In this document: piece by piece, positions 5,695 to 15,023 of the stretch
Numbering within the stretch: position 1 is the first letter of the stretch
Layout: each line of letters starts with the position of its first letter
Assembly (NCBI GenBank): GCA_045652465.1
Contig: JAZRUI010000015.1
Coordinates: forward strand, 104,445-168,444
Length of the DNA stretch: 64,000 nt
Direction: 5' to 3'
Source of the DNA: Acutalibacteraceae bacterium
GTDB lineage: Bacteria > Bacillota > Clostridia > Oscillospirales > Acutalibacteraceae
Program-made: the position numbers and the translations under genes
The notes under the pieces: generated by a model
The model's input: only the letters and a program-made list of their open reading frames with translations
Told to the model about the DNA's origin: nothing
Databases searched by the model: none

Positions 5695-5913
5695 TTAGTT
5701 TGCTGCGCCGTCGCCGCCTGCGGGCTTATTGTTCTTCTTGGCAATAAGAATAAGTCCGAGCACGATTAAAACCGCGCCTATCATCATATAGGTGCCGCCC
5801 GGCTTTCCGCCGCCGCCCTTTTGCAGGTTTTCCATAACGGCGATGGGGTCCTTATTCTCTACATGACCGTAAATACACATTGCGATTCCGGCAATAAAAC
5901 TAATAAATCCCAT
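5695..5913 (-). CDS. Small two-TM membrane protein (paralogue of 2712-2939)
   Basis: 72 aa: TM helix, then NKDPIAVMENLQKGGGGKPGG, then TM helix. Same layout as 2712-2939 and many identical positions. Confidence 0.7.
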   Translation of the reverse strand: MGFISFIAGIAMCIYGHVENKDPIAVMENLQKGGGGKPGGTYMMIGAVLIVLGLILIAKKNNKPAGGDGAAN

Positions 5914-5932
5914 AATTTAACCTCTTTTCAGT

Positions 5933-7273
5933 TTAGTCTTCATCATCGTCGTCGAGCTCATCCTCGGGGATGGGGAGCTTTTCAACCGTAACGCGCTCGA
6001 TTCGGCGCTCATCAACCTCATCAACGCGGAAGCGGCAATGAGAATATTCGATTTCAGGATGCTCATCTTCCGAGGGAATTCGACCAAGCTCGGACATTAT
6101 AAATCCGCCAACCGTGTCATATTCGCCTTCGGGGAAGGTGATGCCCAAAAGCTCCTCAAGCTCTTCGATATCGGTAGTACCATCAATATCAAAGGTGGTT
6201 TCGTTAACCTGCGCGATTTCTTCTTCCTCGTTGTCATATTCATCCTGCATATTTCCAACGATTTCTTCAAGCAGGTCTTCAATAGTAACAATGCCCGAAA
6301 CGCCGCCGTATTCATCGCTGACAAACACCATTTGAAGGCGCTTTTCGTTCATCTCATTAAAGAGGTCGCCGCAGCGCTTGGATTCGGGAACAAAAACAGC
6401 TTCGCGCATAATATCGGTAATCTTAAGGGAGGAGGGAATCTTCTTGCCAACATAGGGGAGAAGGTCCTTAACATAAACGATACCCTTAATATCGTCAACA
6501 TCCTCTTCATAAACGGGAATACGCGAATAGCCCGCTTCGAGGGTCTTCTCTAAAACATCCGAGAAGTTATCGTTTATTTCAACTGCAACCAAATCGGTGC
6601 GGTGGGTCATAACATCGGCGGCAACAATATCATCAAACTCGAAGATATTGTTTATCATTTCCTTTTGGCTCTCTTCGATAACGCCCTTTTCCTCGCCTGC
6701 ATCAACCATCATGAGGATTTCCTCTTCGGTAACGGTTTCTTCGTTGGCGTTGGGGTCCATACCAAACAGGCGAACGATGCCGTTGGTTGAGAACGAAAGA
6801 ATCTTTATGAAGGGGGTCATAACCTTCTTAACGAATAAAAGAATTCCAACAACCTTAAAGGATATTGCCTCGCCCTTTTGCATAGCGATGCGCTTGGGAA
6901 CAAGCTCACCGAGCACAAGCGAGAAATAGGATATAACAAATGTTACGAGAACGAGCGAAACCTCATCCATCCAGCCGGGCATCGGCTCGGCGGAGAAAAG
7001 CTCCCAAAGCCACTTAGCCAAGGGCGCGGCAAAACTGTCGGCCGCGGCGGCGGAGGTTAAGAATCCCGCAAGGGTAACGCCTATTTGAATGGTTGAAAGG
7101 AAAGCTGCCGGACTCTTAACAAGCTTCAAAACCTTTTTAGCTCCCGAGTGTCCGTCCTCGGCCATTTTTTTAAGCTTGGTATCGTTAAGCGAAATAATAG
7201 CAATCTCACTCATTGAGAAAAATGCGTTAACAAGAATAAGTACGAAAAGTAAGACCAAAGGCCACCCGTCCAT
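5933..7273 (-). CDS. HlyC/CorC family transporter (CNNM/DUF21 membrane domain + CBS pair + CorC_HlyC domain)
   Basis: 446 aa. The N-terminal LILVNAFFSMSEIAIISLN is typical of DUF21. Central CBS-like region, C-terminal transporter-associated domain and an acidic tail. Confidence 0.85.
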   Translation of the reverse strand: MDGWPLVLLFVLILVNAFFSMSEIAIISLNDTKLKKMAEDGHSGAKKVLKLVKSPAAFLSTIQIGVTLAGFLTSAAAADSFAAPLAKWLWELFSAEPMPGWMDEVSLVLVTFVISYFSLVLGELVPKRIAMQKGEAISFKVVGILLFVKKVMTPFIKILSFSTNGIVRLFGMDPNANEETVTEEEILMMVDAGEEKGVIEESQKEMINNIFEFDDIVAADVMTHRTDLVAVEINDNFSDVLEKTLEAGYSRIPVYEEDVDDIKGIVYVKDLLPYVGKKIPSSLKITDIMREAVFVPESKRCGDLFNEMNEKRLQMVFVSDEYGGVSGIVTIEDLLEEIVGNMQDEYDNEEEEIAQVNETTFDIDGTTDIEELEELLGITFPEGEYDTVGGFIMSELGRIPSEDEHPEIEYSHCRFRVDEVDERRIERVTVEKLPIPEDELDDDDED

Positions 7274-7570
7274 AAAAATTTAAAACTCCGTTTCATTATT
7301 AAAATAAAATGCAAATGCACTAACACTTATAATATAATAAACCACTGCCAAAAGTCAACAACTCTTTGCGCCGCTCAAAGCGCGCAAAACCCGCGAAAGG
7401 GGAGAAAGGGGAGCATTTTTTTGGTAAAACGGGGAAAGTTGCCCCAAAAGGAGCCATTACCGCCTAAATCCGCCAAAACAAAAAAGTCCCCAAAAGATTT
7501 GCGCGCGCTATTGCCTTTTTTGGGGAATGTAGGTATAATAATATCCATAGATAAAACGGAGGGAGGAATA

Positions 7571-8860
7571 ATGTTGAATTTCAAAAAAGCGCTCGGAAGC
7601 AACCGCGGAGTTTTGCTTAAAAACACCGTTATGCTTTATATCCTGCAATTTTCAACATACCTGCTGGCTCTTCTTGTTGCCCCTTATGAAACCCGCGTTT
7701 TGGGTGCCGAGGTTTATGGCGGCTTTTTGGAGGCGTCGGCTTCCATCGTTATATATTTTCAGCTTGTAATCGATTTCGGTTTCCTGCTTTCGGCAACCGA
7801 GGAGGTTTCCCGCAACCGCGATGATAAAAAGAAGCTTTCCGAAATCTTAAGCTCGGTTACGGTAGCCAAGCTGTTTCTCGCGGCAGCTTCGTTTGCCATG
7901 ATGATGGTGCTTTGCCGCCTCATCCCCGCATGGGAAAGGAAGCAAACCGTTTTAATTTTAACCTTCCTCGCCTCAATGATTAACTCGTTTATGCCCGATT
8001 TCCTTTATCGCGGCCTCGAACAAATGACGGCGATAACCGTCCGCACCGTGCTTATAAAAATCTTCTTCACGGGCGCGATTTTCCTCTTCTTAAAGGGACC
8101 CGAGGATGTTTGGGTTATTCCCGCTCTTAACATAGTAGGCAACAGTATTGCCCTTTTATTGGCTTATGTCCATGTTGTTAAAAAGGTTGGCATAAGCTTT
8201 AGCCGCCCAACCGTTTTCGGCGCCTTCAAGGAGCTTAAATCTTCGGCGTTTTTCTTCTTCTCAAGAATTGCAACAACGGTTTATGGCGCCCTCAATACAG
8301 TTATTTTGGATATCATTACGGGCAGCGGAGCCCCAACGGGCTATTATACCTCCGCCAACAAACTTATAACGGCGGGCAAAAACGGCTTAACCCCTATTGC
8401 CGATAGCCTTTATCCGTATATGACCCGCAACCGCGACTATAAACTGGTTAAAAAGGTTCTCCTCGTTTTGGAACCGATAATTTTTGCGGGCTGCGCAGTA
8501 ATATTCATATTCGCCGATGATTTTTGCGGCTGGTTCTTTGGCGCCGATTTCGTGAGAGCGGGAGCCGTTCTTCGCGCTATGCTGCCGATTGGCGTTGTAA
8601 CCCTGCCCAGCTATATTATGGGCTTCCCGATGCTAACGGCTTTGGGCGTATCCAAGCATGCTAACTATTCAACCATATTCGGCTCGGTTTTCCATGCCGC
8701 GCTGCTTGGCGTTTTGTTCGCGCTTGGCGAGGTTAATATGATAACCTTGGCGCTCAGCGTTTCGGCAACCGAAACCGTTATTTTGCTTTATAGAATCGTA
8801 ATTGTTTATAAAAATCGCCACCTTATGTATGCTCCGAAGGAGGAAGAAAAAAGTGCTTAG
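7571..8860 (+). CDS. Polysaccharide/teichoic-acid flippase (Wzx-like, MOP superfamily)
   Basis: Multi-TM protein beginning MLNFKKALGSNRGVLLKNTVMLYILQF. GGAGGGAGG RBS before ATG 7571. The listed start at 7421 overlaps promoter TTGCCT-N17-TATAAT (7512-7540). Confidence 0.75.
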   Translation: MLNFKKALGSNRGVLLKNTVMLYILQFSTYLLALLVAPYETRVLGAEVYGGFLEASASIVIYFQLVIDFGFLLSATEEVSRNRDDKKKLSEILSSVTVAKLFLAAASFAMMMVLCRLIPAWERKQTVLILTFLASMINSFMPDFLYRGLEQMTAITVRTVLIKIFFTGAIFLFLKGPEDVWVIPALNIVGNSIALLLAYVHVVKKVGISFSRPTVFGAFKELKSSAFFFFSRIATTVYGALNTVILDIITGSGAPTGYYTSANKLITAGKNGLTPIADSLYPYMTRNRDYKLVKKVLLVLEPIIFAGCAVIFIFADDFCGWFFGADFVRAGAVLRAMLPIGVVTLPSYIMGFPMLTALGVSKHANYSTIFGSVFHAALLGVLFALGEVNMITLALSVSATETVILLYRIVIVYKNRHLMYAPKEEEKSA

Positions 8861-9986
8861 CAAGCTTTTGAAGATTTTCTACAGCGCAGTTTATTCCTTT
8901 GCTCCGATTAAGAAAAAGAGGATAGTTTTCTCGAGCTATTATGGTCGCGGATATTCCGATAATTCCAAGGCAGTAGCCGAGGAGCTCATAAAGCGCGGCA
9001 CCGATGCCGAGCTGATTTGGCTTTGCAAAAACGAGAAGGAGGCGGCAACCCTTCCTCCCGAAATTAAGCCCTGCCCCCACAACTCGGTTAAGCGCATAAA
9101 GGCGCTTGCAACAGCCCGAGTTTGGGTTGATAACTCGCGAAAATATGAGCGAATCAAGAAGAAAAAAGGGCAGTTTTATCTCCAGTGCTGGCATGGCTTC
9201 CCCCTAAAGCGAATCGAAAAGGATGCGCTGGATGCCATGGCACCCGATTTTGAAGCTGGAGCTATCCGCGATTCTAAAAACATCGACCTGTTGCTTGCCT
9301 ATTCCGAAACCGACCGCGAGATTTTTTCGCGCTGCTTTTGGTATAGCGGGGAAATCGCCGTTTGGGGCGTTCCGCGCAACGATGTTTTCATAAACGGAAA
9401 CGATGATATCCAAAAAAGAGTGCGCGAAGCCTTTTCGCTGCCTGCCGACCGAAAACTCGTGCTCTATGCTCCAACCTTCAGAGCTGACCATTCGGTTGAT
9501 GCCTATAAAATTGATGCTTTGGCGCTCAAAAACGCCTTGGAGAAAAGCCTCTCGGGCGAGTGGACGGTGTTAATCCGCCTGCATCCCAATGTTGCCAAGC
9601 AGTCGGAAGGTCTTTTCCCGTATGATGGGGAGGGCATAGTTGATGCAACAATGTATCCCGATATGCAGGAACTTTTGGTTGCAAGCGATGTGCTTATAAC
9701 CGATTATTCCTCTTCGATGTTCGATTTTGGACTCAGCGGCAAGCCCTGCTTCCGCTTCGCCAACGATATTAAGGATTATATGAAGGACCGAAACTTCTAT
9801 TTCGAGTTCGAGGAGCTTCCGTTTCCTGCGGCATATAATAATGATGAACTTGTCAAACTTGCGCTCGAGTTTGATTTCGCAGCTTATGCCGAAAAGAGAG
9901 AAGCGTTTTATAAGAAGCTTGCCTTTGTGGATGATGGCAAATCATCAGCCCGCGTTGCCGATTGGATTGAGGAAAAAATAGGTTAA
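8853..9986 (+). CDS. CDP-glycerol glycerophosphotransferase family protein (TagB/TagF-like)
   Basis: Contains LYAPTFRADH, HPNV and VLITDYSSSMFDF motifs typical of TagF-family enzymes. GTG 8853 sits behind GGAGG and overlaps the flippase stop; the listed start at 8802 is in frame. Confidence 0.75.
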   Translation: MLSKLLKIFYSAVYSFAPIKKKRIVFSSYYGRGYSDNSKAVAEELIKRGTDAELIWLCKNEKEAATLPPEIKPCPHNSVKRIKALATARVWVDNSRKYERIKKKKGQFYLQCWHGFPLKRIEKDALDAMAPDFEAGAIRDSKNIDLLLAYSETDREIFSRCFWYSGEIAVWGVPRNDVFINGNDDIQKRVREAFSLPADRKLVLYAPTFRADHSVDAYKIDALALKNALEKSLSGEWTVLIRLHPNVAKQSEGLFPYDGEGIVDATMYPDMQELLVASDVLITDYSSSMFDFGLSGKPCFRFANDIKDYMKDRNFYFEFEELPFPAAYNNDELVKLALEFDFAAYAEKREAFYKKLAFVDDGKSSARVADWIEEKIG

Positions 9987-10085
9987 TTTTTATCGAAAAA
10001 ATGTGAAAATGCCCGTGGAATGCCTCCGCGGGCATAATTTTTTGTTATTTTTTTAACAAAATTGCGAAAAGTTGAAAAACAACCC

Positions 10086-10114
10086 TTTACATATGGGATG
10101 AAAAGTGATATTAT
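10086..10114 (+). promoter_or_regulatory. Sigma-A-like promoter of the PFOR gene
   Basis: TTTACA-N17-TATTAT with a TGn extended -10. Confidence 0.5.
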
Positions 10115-10200
10115 ACCCTTGTATGGAATGTTGTTATAAATATATATAACCATATTGCGCGGGGGAAACTCGGCGCATCAAAATCAAGGAGGAAATTTCC

Positions 10201-13200
10201 ATGGCAAGAAAGTTTAAAACTATGGACGGTAACAACGCCGCGGCATACGTGTCTTATGCGTTTACCGAGGTTGCAGGTATTTATCCTATTACCCCGTCCA
10301 GCCCGATGGCAGACTATGTTGACCAGTGGTCCGCTCAGGGTCAGAAGAACATTTTCGGCACAACCGTAAATGTTGTAGAGATGGAGTCTGAAGCAGGTGC
10401 TGCAGGTACCGTACACGGTTCTTTGAACGCCGGTGCGCTCACCACTACCTACACCGCATCTCAGGGCTTACTTCTTATGATTCCCAATATGTACAAAATC
10501 GCAGGCGAATTGCTCCCCAGCGTATTCCATGTTTCGGCACGCTGCGTTGCAAGCCATGCTCTTAACATCTTCGGCGACCATTCGGACGTTTATGCCTGCC
10601 GTCAGACAGGTTTCGCAATGCTCGCTGAAACCAACACTCAGGAAGTTATGGACCTCGGCGCTGTTGCTCACCTTGCAACCATCAAGAGCCGCGTTCCCTT
10701 CATCAACTTCTTTGATGGCTTCCGTACTTCTCATGAAATCCAGAAGATCCAGATTTGGGACTATGCTGATTTAAAGGAAATGTGCGATATGGATGCTGTT
10801 AACGCATTCCGCAAGCGTGCATTAAATCCTGAGCGTCCCGTTATGCGCGGTTCTCATGAAAACGGCGACGTTTTCTTCCAGCACCGTGAGGCCTGCAACA
10901 CCTATTATGACAAGGTTGCAGACATTGTTGAAGAGTATATGGACAAGGTTAATGCCAAGTTAGGCACCGACTATAAGCCCTTCAACTACTATGGCGCACC
11001 CGATGCTGAGCGCGTTATCATCGCAATGGGCTCGGTTTGCGACGTTGCTGAAGAGGTTATCGATTACCTCACCGCTGCAGGCGAAAAGGTTGGTCTTGTA
11101 AAGGTTCGCCTTTACCGTCCCTTCTCGGCAGAGCGTTTAGTTGCTGCCATCCCTGCAACTGCTAAGAAGATTGCTGTTCTTGATAGAACTAAGGAACCCG
11201 GCGCTCTCGGCGAGCCGCTCTACCTCGATGTTGTTGCCGCTATGGCAGCCATGGGCAGACAGGCAGTTATCACCGGCGGCCGCTACGGTCTTGGTTCGAA
11301 GGATACTCCTCCTTCCTCCATCATCGCAGTTTATAACGAGCTCAAGAAGGATGCTCCTAAGTCGCAGTTCACTATCGGCATCGTAGATGATGTAACCGGC
11401 CTTTCCCTCGAGGAAACCGAATCGCCCAACACCGCAGCTGAAGGCACCATCGAGTGCAAGTTCTGGGGTCTCGGCGGTGACGGTACCGTTGGTGCTAACA
11501 AGAACTCCATCAAAATCATCGGCGACCACACCGATAAGTATGTTCAGGCTTACTTCCAGTATGACTCGAAGAAGACCGGCGGTATCACCATCTCGCACTT
11601 GCGCTTTGGCGATAAGCCCATCAAGAGCCCCTACTATATCAACAAGGCTGACTTTGTTGCCTGCCATAACCCCTCTTATGTTATCAAGGGTTACAAGATG
11701 GTTAACGATGTTAAGCCCGGCGGCGTATTCCTCATCAACTGCCAGTGGACAGCTGAGGAGCTCAACGAGCATATGCCCGCTGAAGCTAAGAAGTATATCG
11801 CTGAAAACAATGTTCAGCTCTATACCGTTAACGCTATCGACCTTGCTGCACAAATCGGCATGGGCAAGCGCACCAACACCATCCTCCAGTCCGCATTCTT
11901 TGCTCTTGCAAATGTTATGCCCTCTGAAGATGCTATTAAGTATATGAAGGAAGCAGCTGAGCGCTCCTACTTAAAGAAGGGCCGCGATGTTGTTGACATG
12001 AACTGGAAGGCTATCGATGCCGGCGCAACCGCATTCCAGAAGATTGATGTTCCCGCTGATTGGGCAAATGCAACCGATAACGGTGCTGCTGAGGCTGAAC
12101 AGGGCCCCGCAAAGCTCGTTAAGATGGTTGACGGCATCATGAAGCCCATCTCCAAGATGGATGGCGATGCTCTTCCCGTATCCGCATTTATGGACCATGC
12201 TGACGGTACCTTCGAGCTTGGCGCATCCGCTTATGAGAAGCGTGCAGTTGCTGTTATGGTTCCCGAGTGGAATGCTGAAACCTGCGCAAAGTGTAACAAG
12301 TGCGCATTCGTTTGCCCCCATGCTACCATTCGTCCTTATGCATTAACCGATGATGAGGTTGCTGCAGCACCCGCAAACATGAAGGTTGCTCCGAAGCCCA
12401 TCGTTAAGACCGAATATAAATATACTCTTGCTGTTTCTCCCATGGATTGTATGGGATGCGGAGTTTGTATCGGCGTTTGCCCGACCGACTCCCTCAAGAT
12501 GGTTCCGCGTGAGTCTCAGGATGCTGAGCAGGCAGTATTTGATTACTGTGTTGCCAATGTCACCGAGAAGGAAGGCGTTGCAACCGATGCTAATGTTATC
12601 AGCTCGCAGTATAAGAAGCCGTTGCTTGAGTTCTCGGGCTCCTGCGCAGGCTGTGCTGAAACTGCATATGCTCGCCTCGTAACTCAGCTCTATGGCGATA
12701 GAATGTATATCTCCAACGCAACCGGATGCTCCTCCATTTGGGGCGGTCCCGCTGCAACCTGCCCCTACACCACTAACGAAAAGGGCCAGGGTCCCGCTTG
12801 GGCAAACTCCCTCTTCGAAGACAATGCTGAGCACGGTCTTGGTATGTACTTCGGTCAGAAGGCTCTCCGCGATCGTCTTATCGCTGATGTTGAGGGCATC
12901 GTAGCTTCCGACAAGTGCGCTGCTGCTGTTAAGGCTGCAGGCGAAGAGTTCCTCGCAACCGTAAACGATGGCGCTAAGAATCCTGCCGCTGCTGACGCTT
13001 TAGTTGCAGCTATTAAGGAAGCCGGCCCGATGTGCGAGCTTTGCCAGGATGTTCTTGACAACGCTGAATACCTCTCCAAGAAGTCCGTTTGGATCTTCGG
13101 TGGTGACGGTTGGGCTTATGATATCGGCTTCGGCGGTCTTGACCATGTTCTTGCTTCCGGCAACGATGTAAATGTAATGGTATTCGATACCGAGGTTTAC

Positions 13201-13743
13201 TCCAACACCGGTGGTCAGGCATCCAAGGCTTCTCAGATTGGTCAGGTTGCTCAGTTCGCTGCAGCAGGTAAGGCCATCGCCAAGAAGTCGCTTGCCGAAA
13301 TCGCTATGTCCTACGGTTATGTATATGTAGCACAGGTAGCTATGGGCGCTGACCAGAATCAGACCCTTAAGGCTATCAAGGAGGCCGAGGCTTATAACGG
13401 TCCGTCCCTCATCATCTGCTACTCGCCCTGCGAAATGCACTCCATTAAGGGCGGTATGGTTAACTGCCAGAAGGAAATGAAGAAGGCTGTTGACTGCGGC
13501 TACTGGAATATGTTCCGCTTCAACCCTGCTCTCAAGGCTGAAGGCAAGAACCCGCTCACAATCGATAGCAAGCCTGCAACTGCTGACTATAAGGAGTTCC
13601 TCCTCAACGAGGCTCGTTACTCCTCGCTCACTCGCTCCTTCCCCGAGCGTGCTGAGGCTCTCTTCGATAAGGCTGCCGCTGCTTCCAAGGAAGCTCGCGC
13701 CCACCTCGAGAAGCTCGCAGAGCTTTATGGAAAAATCGATTAA
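10201..13743 (+). CDS. nifJ: Pyruvate:ferredoxin (flavodoxin) oxidoreductase
   Basis: 1180 aa. Begins MDGNNAAAYVSYAFTEVAGIYPITPSS. Two 4Fe-4S motifs (CAKCNKCAFVCP, CMGCGVCIGVCP) and a TPP-binding GGDGWAYDIG. AAGGAGG RBS. Confidence 0.97.
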   Translation: MARKFKTMDGNNAAAYVSYAFTEVAGIYPITPSSPMADYVDQWSAQGQKNIFGTTVNVVEMESEAGAAGTVHGSLNAGALTTTYTASQGLLLMIPNMYKIAGELLPSVFHVSARCVASHALNIFGDHSDVYACRQTGFAMLAETNTQEVMDLGAVAHLATIKSRVPFINFFDGFRTSHEIQKIQIWDYADLKEMCDMDAVNAFRKRALNPERPVMRGSHENGDVFFQHREACNTYYDKVADIVEEYMDKVNAKLGTDYKPFNYYGAPDAERVIIAMGSVCDVAEEVIDYLTAAGEKVGLVKVRLYRPFSAERLVAAIPATAKKIAVLDRTKEPGALGEPLYLDVVAAMAAMGRQAVITGGRYGLGSKDTPPSSIIAVYNELKKDAPKSQFTIGIVDDVTGLSLEETESPNTAAEGTIECKFWGLGGDGTVGANKNSIKIIGDHTDKYVQAYFQYDSKKTGGITISHLRFGDKPIKSPYYINKADFVACHNPSYVIKGYKMVNDVKPGGVFLINCQWTAEELNEHMPAEAKKYIAENNVQLYTVNAIDLAAQIGMGKRTNTILQSAFFALANVMPSEDAIKYMKEAAERSYLKKGRDVVDMNWKAIDAGATAFQKIDVPADWANATDNGAAEAEQGPAKLVKMVDGIMKPISKMDGDALPVSAFMDHADGTFELGASAYEKRAVAVMVPEWNAETCAKCNKCAFVCPHATIRPYALTDDEVAAAPANMKVAPKPIVKTEYKYTLAVSPMDCMGCGVCIGVCPTDSLKMVPRESQDAEQAVFDYCVANVTEKEGVATDANVISSQYKKPLLEFSGSCAGCAETAYARLVTQLYGDRMYISNATGCSSIWGGPAATCPYTTNEKGQGPAWANSLFEDNAEHGLGMYFGQKALRDRLIADVEGIVASDKCAAAVKAAGEEFLATVNDGAKNPAAADALVAAIKEAGPMCELCQDVLDNAEYLSKKSVWIFGGDGWAYDIGFGGLDHVLASGNDVNVMVFDTEVYSNTGGQASKASQIGQVAQFAAAGKAIAKKSLAEIAMSYGYVYVAQVAMGADQNQTLKAIKEAEAYNGPSLIICYSPCEMHSIKGGMVNCQKEMKKAVDCGYWNMFRFNPALKAEGKNPLTIDSKPATADYKEFLLNEARYSSLTRSFPERAEALFDKAAAASKEARAHLEKLAELYGKID

Positions 13744-13756
13744 TTCGAGTAATAAT

Positions 13757-13788
13757 AAAAGCACCCTGAGAAATCAGGGTGCTTTTTG
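13757..13788. terminator. Bidirectional terminator between nifJ and the phosphofructokinase gene
   Basis: AAAA-GCACCCTGA-GAAA-TCAGGGTGC-TTTTTGTT. Confidence 0.85.
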
Positions 13789-15000
13789 TTATATATGATA
13801 ATGTATCGGAATGCCGTTCTTCATTCTGATTTTTTGTTCGCCTTGAATCAGCGGCAGGAAATAATCAATAGCCTCATCGCAAATATTGTTTCTCGCGCCG
13901 TTTATCCATTCTTGCGGGAATTTCTTTTCCTTGTTCGCAACCAGCGCAACATCAATCGGCTCAACCACAACGGTGTAGGGTGTGTTATAAATGCGGCGGA
14001 ATGCCATCATTTTTCCTGTTTCACCGTTCATAGCGGCCTTAACCGCCTCGGCGGCGATTACTTCGGCTTCATGGATATCGGTTGCCGAGCTTAAATGCGA
14101 GGAGCAACGCTGCATAACATTAAGCTCTATCGAACGAACCTTGCAGCCGATTTCGCGGAAAACTATCTTTTCAAGAGTTTTGCCGATTCCGCTTAATTGT
14201 TCGTGGCCAAAAACATCAACAACGCCCGTTTTCGGGTCGAAATCGGGATGCGAGCTATCCAGCTTAACCCCTTCCGAAACAACAACTATAACCGCCTTGT
14301 GAACCTGCCTTTTTGCCTTTAGGTCCATCAAAAAGCCTTCAACGGTAAAATCGGTTTCGGGCAAATATATAAGATGCGGAGCGGTTTCTCCGTTGGCGTG
14401 CAAGAGGCAGGAGGATGCGGCGAGCCAGCCGGCGTGGCGACCCATTATTTCTATAATGGTAACCGAATCAATACTGTAAACGCTCGAATCGCGAACAATT
14501 TCCTGAACGGTTGTCGCAACATATTTGGCGGCGGAGCCGAAACCGGGGGTATGGTCCGTGCAGTCGAGGTCGTTATCGATAGTTTTAGGAATTCCGATTA
14601 TGCGAATATCCTTTTTTTGCTGCTTCATATATTGGCTGAGCTTATCGACGGTGTCCATCGAATCATTACCGCCGATATAGAAAAACGCCTCTATTCCGTG
14701 CTTTTCAAAGCAGCATAATATTTTTTCATAAACTGCGGAGTCATCCGAGTAGGAGGGGAGCTTATAGCGGCAAGACCCCAAAACGGTTGAAGGGGTTTGC
14801 TTCAGTAGTTCCATTTCATCATTGGTGCGAACTATGGCGTTGAGATTAACGAGTTCATCGTTAATAATTCCTTCGATTCCGTTTATAGAACCGAAAACAT
14901 GTTCAATATTTGTTTCCTTTAGCGCCTGCTTATAAACGCCTAAAAGGGAAGCGTTAATAGCGCAGGTCGGTCCGCCCGATTGGGCAACTGCTATATTCAT
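13789..15000 (-). CDS. pfp: 6-phosphofructokinase, probably the pyrophosphate-dependent type
   Basis: 403 aa with AQSGGPTCAINAS, IGGNDS and GIPKTIDND. Asp and Lys stand at the positions equivalent to E. coli PfkA G104 and G124. Confidence 0.8.
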   Translation of the reverse strand: MNIAVAQSGGPTCAINASLLGVYKQALKETNIEHVFGSINGIEGIINDELVNLNAIVRTNDEMELLKQTPSTVLGSCRYKLPSYSDDSAVYEKILCCFEKHGIEAFFYIGGNDSMDTVDKLSQYMKQQKKDIRIIGIPKTIDNDLDCTDHTPGFGSAAKYVATTVQEIVRDSSVYSIDSVTIIEIMGRHAGWLAASSCLLHANGETAPHLIYLPETDFTVEGFLMDLKAKRQVHKAVIVVVSEGVKLDSSHPDFDPKTGVVDVFGHEQLSGIGKTLEKIVFREIGCKVRSIELNVMQRCSSHLSSATDIHEAEVIAAEAVKAAMNGETGKMMAFRRIYNTPYTVVVEPIDVALVANKEKKFPQEWINGARNNICDEAIDYFLPLIQGEQKIRMKNGIPIHYHI

Positions 15001-15023
15001 TATAAAGACTCCTCTTGCTTTAA

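Noticed and set aside
7421-7570. N-terminal extensions of listed ORFs: flippase 7421, tex 25855, transglutaminase-like 41869, 41809-42468, rplM 48996, galE 54155, secA 17807, uppP 62813, hexapeptide protein 35701, M23 22405.
   Set aside because: In each case an internal ATG, GTG or TTG with a proper AGGAGG-type RBS coincides with the conserved N-terminus of the family. The extension overlaps a promoter or terminator, or encodes implausible sequence.
10468-13764. Many listed ORFs nested in or antisense to the PFOR gene (for example 11137-11853, 12343-12834, 13000-13764).
   Set aside because: They lie inside a 1180-aa gene with unmistakable PFOR motifs. Their translations are Ser/Leu/Arg/Ala-rich with no recognisable domains and no RBS. 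Long antisense ORFs of this kind are typical of moderately GC-rich coding DNA. The same reasoning applies to the antisense ORFs in secA, tex, the EF-G paralogue, dnaX, glgB and others.
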